From Candidatus Thorarchaeota archaeon (GTDB lineage: Archaea > Asgardarchaeota > Thorarchaeia > Thorarchaeales > Thorarchaeaceae), in the NCBI GenBank assembly GCA_048882385.1, contig JBHLRQ010000005.1, forward strand, positions 1 through 62,220: DNA of 62,220 bases, given 5' to 3'. Of the stretch, positions 9,301 through 17,760 are shown piece after piece (position 1 is the stretch's first letter; every line of letters starts with the position of its first letter). Under the pieces are notes generated by a model. That model ran no database searches, was not told the origin of the DNA, and worked only from the letters and a program-made list of their open reading frames with translations. Position numbers and translations under genes: made by a program.

Positions 9301-10131
9301 TCAGAATCCTGTAGTTCTTGGGGCTTCTACAAGGCTGATGGCCCCTTCTGAGCAACGATTAATACAAACACCGCATCCAAAACAGGATTCCAAATCAATA
9401 GAAGCTCCAGACTCACTAGGACGTAGTGAAGCAGCATTGAAGGGACACACTGTTTCACATGTGCCGCAATCCGAGCATTTCTGTAGGTCCACCGATGCAG
9501 CATAGTGTCCCTTGTGAAAAGCACGGTCAACTTCGAATGTCACTCGTTTGAGGTAAGGCTGACAAATCTTCATATCGCAGTTACAGAGCAAACCCAAGTA
9601 TGGGACGCCAAGCGCTGAAATCGCGTGTACCGTTTTTTCACGTTCAACCATCTCATCAAGCATATGAATCGCAGTTTCTGCACTGACATAGTCATGTCCA
9701 CCTCCTAGATATTTTGGAAAGTGACGAGTATATTCATTCGTGAATGCGATACCATAGCAGTGAAGGTTTTCGTCTGAACCTGATACAACATGCCTGCAAA
9801 TGCAAGGGATTCGTACAACAGTGCGTTCATGTTCTTCTGTTTGTTCACTTGCGAGCTTTAGGATGGATTTTGCTTCATCTGTAGTGACAACTTGGTGATG
9901 GAGGTATTTTTTATACCGATGGTCTATTTTTTGACGTTCAAGCTCAAAGCTCTCAGGTGTTTTGAATTCTGGTTTCGCATCAATCTCCACTGACCCAGGT
10001 TTGACGTCTCGTCCAAAATACGAATCACAGAACTCTTTGACATACTCACTTGTAGCTAATTCTTTGGAAAAATTCCTTGCATTCTCATACCATCTCTTGC
10101 CACTACCATGTTGTACACAATATTCACACAA
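9301..10131 (-). CDS. 4Fe-4S dicluster ferredoxin-domain protein
   Basis: CSDCGTCETVCP and CFGCGVCINRC; additional CEYC, CIC, CNC motifs. Confidence 0.85.
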   Translation of the reverse strand: MCEYCVQHGSGKRWYENARNFSKELATSEYVKEFCDSYFGRDVKPGSVEIDAKPEFKTPESFELERQKIDHRYKKYLHHQVVTTDEAKSILKLASEQTEEHERTVVRIPCICRHVVSGSDENLHCYGIAFTNEYTRHFPKYLGGGHDYVSAETAIHMLDEMVEREKTVHAISALGVPYLGLLCNCDMKICQPYLKRVTFEVDRAFHKGHYAASVDLQKCSDCGTCETVCPFNAASLRPSESGASIDLESCFGCGVCINRCSEGAISLVEAPRTTGF

Positions 10132-10203
10132 TTTTCCAATCCTCCCTTATTTCTAGTCTGATATTCTCTTTAAACTTGATACAGGCACACGTCGGGTATG
10201 AAC

Positions 10204-11295
10204 TCAATAGATTTCTCTCGATGAGGCGCGTAAATAACTCACAGCTGTGAGTCCTCCATAAACGAGGAATGCAAGCCAAATAATCGCTGTAATGAGTAGT
10301 AGATCAGTTTTGAAGAACAGTTCAACCACGAGAAAGAGCCCGATCACGAAAATATTTGAAATCCCTCCTATGGTTGTGTCATTCTGCACCTTCAGTACGA
10401 ATTTTACTATGTACATGATTGCAACTATCGCCAATGAAACCCAATTGATGAACTGATTGAACAGAATAGATTGATTCATGAAATAGAGGGTTCCCAGAGG
10501 AGTTGGAATTGGTGGTAGATAGAGGTAGAGGAATATACAGAACAGAATCAACTCTCCAATTCGTATCCACTTTGTTGGAGTCCTTGTGTAGACCTCTCCA
10601 TAGAGACCCTTGTCATACTCTTGTGCTCCAAAATAAATGAAGTAGACTGGAGCACCAAAACTTAGGGCATTGACAAGGCATTGAGCAAATCCATACACAA
10701 CAGTCAACCAGAAGCTCTCCCATGTGGCCAGTATACTTTCCCATACATCGATATAGAGTGGCATGAATTCAAGCATCACGATAGTAGGAAGTATGCACAG
10801 TGCTATTGCTGCGAGTGCTACCAGCGCAGCTGCTGGCCTTCCACCTCCGAATTTGCCAACTCCAATTCTGTAGAACACAGTTCCAGCAACAATTAATCCG
10901 AGAATAATGGCTAGCGGTGGTGTGGCCATTGGAAGCACAAACAGCATGAGAATAAATGCTGCATTAGCTCCATAGAACACTCGCCATCTAAGTGGCACTC
11001 CTGCTATTGTTTCATCCATGATGTGTACAGTGTTTGCCAATCTATAACGTTGATAATAGATGAGTCCAACCCACGGTGCTGAGAAGACAATGGGCACAGC
11101 AATGTGGTGAAAGAGCAGGTCTAACATTGGATCCCCAAAAGGTGTCATCTCAGGTATGAAGAACATCAACAGGAAGAAGTAGATTGGACCAATGATAGCT
11201 AGTGCAACAACTGTGACTCGTGTAATCAACCAATCTGGACTCAATGGCACGTCTCCAACAAACCGTAGTCTCGAGTCTGATATAAGTGTGCACAA
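10204..11295 (-). CDS. Polytopic membrane protein of unknown function
   Basis: Roughly ten hydrophobic segments; true start may be TTG 11244 behind GGAG. Confidence 0.75.
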   Translation of the reverse strand: MCTLISDSRLRFVGDVPLSPDWLITRVTVVALAIIGPIYFFLLMFFIPEMTPFGDPMLDLLFHHIAVPIVFSAPWVGLIYYQRYRLANTVHIMDETIAGVPLRWRVFYGANAAFILMLFVLPMATPPLAIILGLIVAGTVFYRIGVGKFGGGRPAAALVALAAIALCILPTIVMLEFMPLYIDVWESILATWESFWLTVVYGFAQCLVNALSFGAPVYFIYFGAQEYDKGLYGEVYTRTPTKWIRIGELILFCIFLYLYLPPIPTPLGTLYFMNQSILFNQFINWVSLAIVAIMYIVKFVLKVQNDTTIGGISNIFVIGLFLVVELFFKTDLLLITAIIWLAFLVYGGLTAVSYLRASSREIY

Positions 11296-11385
11296 GACAT
11301 GACGAGAATTTATTTGGGGGGTTAGTCCATGCAGAATCGCTGCATTGCAAGTGTGGGATGTTCAATGCGGTAGGTGTGACATCGC

Positions 11386-12165
11386 GTGTATAAGAGGAAA
11401 ATTACTGCATCGAGTTTTGTGAGAAAAAGCAAGCTGATCATCGGTCTTGATCTGGTTGCTGACATGGCTGGAAAGGATGGACCTGCAATTCAGGCTGAGA
11501 AAAAACGATTGGAGGATGAAGCACTTCGAATAATCTCCGCCACAGCTGAACATGCTGTTGCATTCAAGATAAATCGACATCTTATACTTCCAGTAGGACT
11601 CTTTGAGGGAATTCCTCGAATTATTGATGCAATTCATGATGCAGGAATCACAGCAATTGCAGACATCAAACTGAACGATATTGGAAACACAAACAAACAC
11701 ATTGCGAAGTATTACTTCGATGCAGGATTTGACGCTCTAATTGTAAATCCACTTGTTGGAATGGAGGGAGGTCTTGCTAGCGTCTTTGAGATGGCCACAC
11801 TTCGAAAGCGCGGAATTATCACACTCTGCTATATGTCGCATCCCGGAGCGAAGGAAGGTTATGGTCTCTACGTGTCCCCAGATGGAAAGAAGTCAGAGCC
11901 TTTCTATCATTATTTTGCTCGCATTGCCAGGAAGTGGGATACAGATGGCGTAATCGTTGGAGCAACATATCCAGAAAAAATTGCTGAGGTCCGAGAAATT
12001 CTTGGTAATGAAATTCCCATCATAAGCCCTGGAGTTGGTGCTCAGGGAGGAGGTGCCCGAGCAGCGATTGAAGCTGGTGCAACCTTTGTAATTGCGGCTA
12101 GATCCATTGTTGATGCTGAAGACCCTGCAGCTGCAGCTGCTTCAATCAATGATGAAACTCGGTGA
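11386..12165 (+). CDS. pyrF: Orotidine 5'-phosphate decarboxylase
   Basis: IADIKLNDIGNT (DxKxxDIxNT), VGAT, SPGVGAQGG. Confidence 0.95.
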   Translation: MYKRKITASSFVRKSKLIIGLDLVADMAGKDGPAIQAEKKRLEDEALRIISATAEHAVAFKINRHLILPVGLFEGIPRIIDAIHDAGITAIADIKLNDIGNTNKHIAKYYFDAGFDALIVNPLVGMEGGLASVFEMATLRKRGIITLCYMSHPGAKEGYGLYVSPDGKKSEPFYHYFARIARKWDTDGVIVGATYPEKIAEVREILGNEIPIISPGVGAQGGGARAAIEAGATFVIAARSIVDAEDPAAAAASINDETR

Positions 12166-12308
12166 CATTTTCTCATCAAATGCACAGTATAGACGTTCAC
12201 ATTTGTACAATGCAGTTCGGAAACGTACCTCATTAACGATGTTCTTGTGGAAAAGGATTAAAGCCTATCCTCTAGTTGCATGTACAGAAGTGTGCATGCT
12301 TCATATCA

Positions 12309-12331
12309 CGAGGATTGTGCGCGAATCCTCG
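12309..12331. repeat. Perfect 8-bp inverted repeat directly upstream of the aminotransferase RBS
   Basis: CGAGGATT-gtgcgcg-AATCCTCG, followed by GGAG and ATG 12345. Confidence 0.6.
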
Positions 12332-12344
12332 GGAGCGGGTACAT

Positions 12345-13622
12345 ATGGCAAATACAATAGGTAATGGCTATAGCTTTGCTACCTGGACTACTTTTATTGA
12401 GGAATCTCAGATTAGGGCTCTTCTCAAGTACAAAGTCAAGTATTACTTTGCTGGTGGAAAGCCTGGAATAATGCCCACTGATATTTTCGCAGATATCATG
12501 GCAGATCTTAGTCAAAGGTATAAAGAGAACCCTAAGTTGGCTCTCGAAGACTTTAATTACGGACCAACTGGGGGTGAGTCTTGGTTCCTGAAGACTTTAG
12601 CCAAGCGGCTTTGTGATGTCAGGGGTATACCCATTGATTGTGAAACCGAGTGGGAGAATGTTTCAATAACTAATGGTTCTCAACAAGCACTCTATGCACT
12701 GCTTGATACGATAATTGACCCGGGTGATGTGATAATCACACCCTCTCCTGCCTATCTTGGATTCCTAGCACCTGCAGAGAAACTTGGTGGCCGTGTCATT
12801 ACTATTCCTACGGACTTGGACGGCATCATTCCGGAGGATGTTGAAAAAGCAATTGGTGTTTCAAAGGAGAAGTTTGGCAAGTGCCCTGACATAATTTATG
12901 TCGTTCCTGACTCAGACAATCCAAAAGGCACAACACTTCCGTTTAAACGTCGTCAAGCACTCTTCGATATTGCTGAAGCTGAAGACATCCTAATTATTGA
13001 GGACTCTGCTTATGCAGAGATTCAATTCAAGAAAAATCCTAAGCCCATCAAGACTCTCGACAAGGAAAACAGTCGAGTTGCCTATCTTGGTACCAGCAGC
13101 AAAGAGGCTGCAGTTCTCCGAGTTGGGTATTCGGTTCTTCCACCAGAGGTCAGAGAGCAGGTTCTCAAGGATAAAGGATACCTAGATCTGTGTACCACTA
13201 CTCTGGTTCAGCGCATTCTGGATGAATATTATCGGAATTATATTGATGAAGCCATGAGGAAAGGAATTCCACAATACGAGGTTCGTTATGAAGCAATGGC
13301 CAAGGCAATTGATGAATCATTTCCAGCCGGAGTGCGAACAGATCCCACAGGAGGATTCTTCATCTGGTGGCAGAGTGAAGACAAGAAATTTGATGCTGGT
13401 AAATTCTTGGAAAGCACTGGTATCCCTAATGACATCTTGTATGTTCCAGGAGTTGCGTTCTATCCTCAGGCTGGGTTCCGGCTTACAAAAGACAACAAAG
13501 ATGTAAGACCAAGTCTTCCAGAGCGCAACACAATGAGATTGGGTTTCTCCTATGCGCCACCTGAAATAATCTCTGAGGGAATTGCTCGTCTAGGGAAACT
13601 CCTCACTAAAGAACTCGGATAG
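12345..13622 (+). CDS. PLP-dependent class I aminotransferase (LysN/MocR-like)
   Basis: TNGSQQAL, DNPKG, IEDSAY, TSSK (PLP lysine), GGFF; start moved to ATG 12345 after GGAG. Confidence 0.88.
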   Translation: MANTIGNGYSFATWTTFIEESQIRALLKYKVKYYFAGGKPGIMPTDIFADIMADLSQRYKENPKLALEDFNYGPTGGESWFLKTLAKRLCDVRGIPIDCETEWENVSITNGSQQALYALLDTIIDPGDVIITPSPAYLGFLAPAEKLGGRVITIPTDLDGIIPEDVEKAIGVSKEKFGKCPDIIYVVPDSDNPKGTTLPFKRRQALFDIAEAEDILIIEDSAYAEIQFKKNPKPIKTLDKENSRVAYLGTSSKEAAVLRVGYSVLPPEVREQVLKDKGYLDLCTTTLVQRILDEYYRNYIDEAMRKGIPQYEVRYEAMAKAIDESFPAGVRTDPTGGFFIWWQSEDKKFDAGKFLESTGIPNDILYVPGVAFYPQAGFRLTKDNKDVRPSLPERNTMRLGFSYAPPEIISEGIARLGKLLTKELG

Positions 13623-13623
13623 T

Positions 13624-15339
13624 TCAGATTGTAAAATTGACGAACACAGTAGCACCATTCTTCATCCGTCCGGTATAGGCTCTCTGATAGGGTCCAAAAA
13701 GATCTGGAAATCCAGAGTTAATTGCCCACTCTATCCAAGACCAAGATACTTCTTGTCCAAGTTTGTTCTCTGCATATTGCCCGAAAGTCCAGCTAAGGTA
13801 CCTCTCAATATCCAATTTTAGAATCTGTAGTCTTTCATAATCCTTGCCTGAAACTACTTCAGCTTTCTTTTCGATGTCCTCATGAGCTCCAAGGAGATAT
13901 GAATGAGAGTCAATTATCATTTTATCCATTTCTTCCAAGTTTTCGTTCATCTCATCAAATCTCTGCTTCTTCCTGAACTTGGAGATCTTTCCCATTATAC
14001 TGAACATCTCTCTGCGATGGAGAACCTCCAATCCCTCTGACTCAAGTGTCTTGGCAAGGCTCTCATTCCATGGTGTGTTAAAGTAGACTCTTGGATATCT
14101 GATAAAAAGAGGAAATGGTATTTTCATTGCTTCTGCTGATGGAATCACTTGAGCATAGTATGCTGCTTCGCCTGGACCGCCTACATGCGCTACTGTCGGA
14201 ATGAGTGTATCGATGACAATCTGCCTTGAGTCCACTCGGGGTGATATGAGCAATGCAATCTCTCCCAAGAAAGGACTGTCCGCAGAAGTTTCAATCTCTA
14301 TGGGTTCAGAACAGGACGGACATTTTCCTTTCAATATTGCAGTAGATCCTCTATCCTCATAGTGAAGCTCTGTACGACTTTTGTTACAGCCTGCCTCCGG
14401 ACACTCATAGAAGAAGGGAACATAATCTGAAGTACGACGACCAATTCCTGAAGAGTAGCCACTTTCAGATATTAGGTCAGTAATCTCTCCGTGTGTTTTC
14501 AGAAAATGGTTTCTGTTTTCACGAGCAAGCATGAACTCCATTCCCTCAACCAAGAGCTCTCTAATCTCCCTGTGTGATGCCGTGAGCAAGGGTATTCCAA
14601 GGTTTCCAATAATGTTGAATAGATGACCAAGTATTTTCTGAGACCATTCTCCAAGTGTTTCTGAGGTTAAGAATGTCTTCCTGATAATAGATAGTGCCTG
14701 CTCAAGCCGTTCTTCGAATAGTAGTCGGGTGCTCCCTTCTAACACCTTGAATATTGGTCTATAGCTTGTCCGTAGATCCTCTTCGACTTGATTTAACCAA
14801 TCATTACTCGGGAGAGGCAACATACTCACAGGAGAATATTCGTAGTCTTTCGGCACGGGAAAACTCACTAGATTGCCTCCCGATCCCATGATTGGAGTCC
14901 TAATATTCGTCAACTCAGATTGAACAATATCGTAGTCCGCAACGCAGAAAAATGGAGTAAGGGGAACTCCTTTTTCCGAGCACAATGATGCAACTTGAAC
15001 GGCTGTGATTGGTTTATTCAGAATGAATGCTGGACCTCCCATCACAATTGTCTGGTGAGCTGATTCCACTGCACCTTCTGACAATGCATCAATATTCTCT
15101 CTCACCTTGGGTGTAAGAATCCCTAGATCCTTGTTGATGCTGAACAATGTCTTCCTCAGTAGAGCTGTTCTCTCAGGAATAAGCCAGAGAGTGTCTTTGT
15201 ACGAGTCTAAAAGAGCTGGAGCCCTATCAACAAGAGCATCCAAATAAATGGGTGGAGAATTGTACAATCTTTTTGCGAGGTCTGCTTTGTTTCCTTTCCA
15301 CACAAACTCTTGGTAGACATTGAATACACTAGGCTCCAT
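13624..15339 (-). CDS. bshC: BshC-like bacillithiol cysteine-adding enzyme (divergent, with Zn-ribbon insert)
   Basis: AHQ..MGGP..ILNK, FFCVADYD, SPRV, HVGGPGEAAYYAQ motifs; directly downstream of bshA; start ATG 15339 with GGAGG RBS. Confidence 0.8.
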   Translation of the reverse strand: MEPSVFNVYQEFVWKGNKADLAKRLYNSPPIYLDALVDRAPALLDSYKDTLWLIPERTALLRKTLFSINKDLGILTPKVRENIDALSEGAVESAHQTIVMGGPAFILNKPITAVQVASLCSEKGVPLTPFFCVADYDIVQSELTNIRTPIMGSGGNLVSFPVPKDYEYSPVSMLPLPSNDWLNQVEEDLRTSYRPIFKVLEGSTRLLFEERLEQALSIIRKTFLTSETLGEWSQKILGHLFNIIGNLGIPLLTASHREIRELLVEGMEFMLARENRNHFLKTHGEITDLISESGYSSGIGRRTSDYVPFFYECPEAGCNKSRTELHYEDRGSTAILKGKCPSCSEPIEIETSADSPFLGEIALLISPRVDSRQIVIDTLIPTVAHVGGPGEAAYYAQVIPSAEAMKIPFPLFIRYPRVYFNTPWNESLAKTLESEGLEVLHRREMFSIMGKISKFRKKQRFDEMNENLEEMDKMIIDSHSYLLGAHEDIEKKAEVVSGKDYERLQILKLDIERYLSWTFGQYAENKLGQEVSWSWIEWAINSGFPDLFGPYQRAYTGRMKNGATVFVNFTI

Positions 15340-15358
15340 TTGGAATTTCAATCCTCCC

Positions 15359-16519
15359 CTATGAAACTGCTTCCTCGAAAACTTTCTCATACATTGTTAC
15401 AATTTTTTCAGCAGAGAACGATTCCTCGACCCGTTTCCTACCAGCTTGTCCCAAACTCTTCCTTTTAGCATCATTCTCTAGTAGCTCAATAATAGTCTGA
15501 GCATATTCTTCTTGTTCGAATCCTTTGGTTACTGCACCATCTTTTCCTGGTCGCACAAGTTCAGGAATTCCACCTGCAGGTGTTGTCACTACTGGAAGAC
15601 TGCATGACATAGCTTCGAGGAGAACGAGTGGCATTCCCTCAAGAGTGGAATTCAGAAGAAACATATCAGCTGAACACATAATCTCTTGCATATTGCTCTT
15701 TACGCCCAAGAGGTGAACATTGTTACAGAGATCGAGAGCCTCAATTTTTCTTTCAACTTCTATTCGAGATGGGCCATCCCCAGCAATAATGAGCCTTACT
15801 TTGGGATAATGATCTGCAACGATTCTCATTATCTCTATTAATTCAACCACGCGTTTGACACCTCGGAAATTTGAAGCATGAAGCAGTATTTTTTCCTCTG
15901 GATTAATTTCCTCCGCCTCTGCATTTGTTCTCAAGCCAACACATCCGCTCTCTACGAACAATCTGACACCGTTGAGATGCTTGAACTGTGTCACATCAAT
16001 AAAATTAGGAATAACCTGGATCTCCCTCTCGATACCTAACTCCTCGTGAGCTTTCTTTTTCAGAAATTCAGAAACCGCAGTTACTGCATTTGCTTTCTCA
16101 ACTGTATGCTTTACTACTGGATTATATGCAGGATCAAGACCGAGAGTGTGCACATCAGAACCATGCAGTGTTACTACATAAGGTACACCAATGATTTCCC
16201 TGGCCATGTATGCAGACATGGCATGAGGGATTGCATAATGGGAGTGTACTAGATCCAGATTGGCATCTTTGGCTATCTTAATGATCTTAGATGTCAATGC
16301 CATAGCATATGGTGGACCAGTTGCCTTGAACAGAGGGTAGTCAAAACGATCTACTAGATCAACGTGAACGCCAGTCGTCTGCTCCCACATTAGGGAGAAA
16401 GGTCTCTGATAGGTGATGAAATGAATAATGTGCTTCCTATGTGCGAGTTGTTGACCTAAACGAGTTGCGAGGTAGCCACTACCCCCTACAGAAGGGTATA
16501 GATTTACTCCGATACGCAT
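15359..16519 (-). CDS. bshA: N-acetyl-alpha-D-glucosaminyl L-malate synthase (GT4)
   Basis: YPSVGGSG, YPLF, HSHYAIPHA, TLHGSD, HASNFRGVKRV, E-x7-E. Confidence 0.92.
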   Translation of the reverse strand: MRIGVNLYPSVGGSGYLATRLGQQLAHRKHIIHFITYQRPFSLMWEQTTGVHVDLVDRFDYPLFKATGPPYAMALTSKIIKIAKDANLDLVHSHYAIPHAMSAYMAREIIGVPYVVTLHGSDVHTLGLDPAYNPVVKHTVEKANAVTAVSEFLKKKAHEELGIEREIQVIPNFIDVTQFKHLNGVRLFVESGCVGLRTNAEAEEINPEEKILLHASNFRGVKRVVELIEIMRIVADHYPKVRLIIAGDGPSRIEVERKIEALDLCNNVHLLGVKSNMQEIMCSADMFLLNSTLEGMPLVLLEAMSCSLPVVTTPAGGIPELVRPGKDGAVTKGFEQEEYAQTIIELLENDAKRKSLGQAGRKRVEESFSAEKIVTMYEKVFEEAVS

Positions 16520-16626
16520 CCTTTCACTCTCCCTTCTCCATCCTTCCTCTGCCCCTTTAAGGCAAATGGTCTGGGAAAATACTTAGCTGCCAAACCTTGA
16601 TTAGATAGTGATAAACACGACTCTGT

Positions 16627-17295
16627 ATGAGCGGTTCAGATGAGGGAACCATTCTTGTTGTAGTTGCGCATCCTGATGATGAAACTCTCGGTGCAGGTGG
16701 TACAATAAGAAAACACACTGAGAACGGTATCCAAGTTGATGTACACTGCATGACTGGCAATGAGGAACGAAACTCTGAGCTCAAAGAGGCTTGTGGTATT
16801 CTTGGAGTTACAAATCTTTACCTGAGTGAACGTGATGATTTTGCAATTGGTCCTGATCTCACAAACGAGGTTGTAGGGGCTATTCTAAAGTCACGACCAA
16901 TGATTATCATTACGCACCACTCTGAAGACTATAACCGCAACCACCAGCAATGTGCTAGAATAGTAGATGAGGCTGCAGAATGGGCCTCACATGCAACTAT
17001 TTTTGAAAATGCACATAGAGTCGAGCGTATCTATAACATGGAGATAAACACACTGATCTCCAAACCAAATGTTCACGTCGATATAACGGAATCCTATCGA
17101 GCTGCACTGTCGGCACTCAAGAAACACAAGTCACAGACCAAAAAGGCAGATACATTCTACGAAAAGTTGTACGATGCAAGGACTCGGCTTCGAGGCGTTC
17201 AGGCAAATTGTAAACGGGCTGAAGCCTTTTCAATAACTCTTCCTCAACATGCTGGTCCATTCTATCGGGAAAATAGTGTCAATCTTTTGATCTGA
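16627..17295 (+). CDS. bshB: PIG-L/BshB-like Zn deacetylase
   Basis: VAHPDDETLGAGG, VDIT, HKSQ, RG...AEAF; divergent from bshA; second motif is NRNH instead of HxDH. Confidence 0.75.
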   Translation: MSGSDEGTILVVVAHPDDETLGAGGTIRKHTENGIQVDVHCMTGNEERNSELKEACGILGVTNLYLSERDDFAIGPDLTNEVVGAILKSRPMIIITHHSEDYNRNHQQCARIVDEAAEWASHATIFENAHRVERIYNMEINTLISKPNVHVDITESYRAALSALKKHKSQTKKADTFYEKLYDARTRLRGVQANCKRAEAFSITLPQHAGPFYRENSVNLLI

Positions 17296-17308
17296 TTGTA
17301 TTTATTTT

Positions 17309-17701
17309 CTAAGTGCCTTCAGATTTTCTTCTTCTGGCTGCAAGAAGTTGTTTGAGCTCTCCCATCATGCTCATACCTCCACCCATTGCACCAGCAGGTT
17401 TTGGAGTGGGGGCTTTTGCCATAGTTGGAATTGGTTCTCCTCCGGCTACTGCTGCAGGACCCTCCGCGGCTGCTGAAGGAGCACGCACTGCCATTGATGA
17501 CATCCTGCTCTCAAGTGCACTAACTTTACTCTCCAAATCCATGACCGAAATTTGGAGGTTAGTAATTGCCTCTGTCAGTTTTGTTGTAATTATGCTGACG
17601 ACTTCTCCAAGTTGACGAATCTTCTCTTCATTGGGGTCTTTCAGAGCCCATTCGAATTCGTCCATAATTTCTGCTTCAAGCTCTTGCTTTTCATCTGGCA
17701 T
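17309..17701 (-). CDS. Small coiled-coil protein with Ala/Pro linker and C-terminal VASP-FAB/WH2-like motif
   Basis: Heptads ..LTEAITNLQISVMDLESKVSALESRM; C-terminus GGGMSMMGELKQLLAARRRKSEGT; own TTTATA box at about 17744-17749 supports ATG 17701. Confidence 0.7.
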   Translation of the reverse strand: MPDEKQELEAEIMDEFEWALKDPNEEKIRQLGEVVSIITTKLTEAITNLQISVMDLESKVSALESRMSSMAVRAPSAAAEGPAAVAGGEPIPTMAKAPTPKPAGAMGGGMSMMGELKQLLAARRRKSEGT

Positions 17702-17760
17702 TATATTGACCCCGTGACTTAGGTTGAGAAGCTGGAGTTCCGCTATAAACCTTGTTTGCA

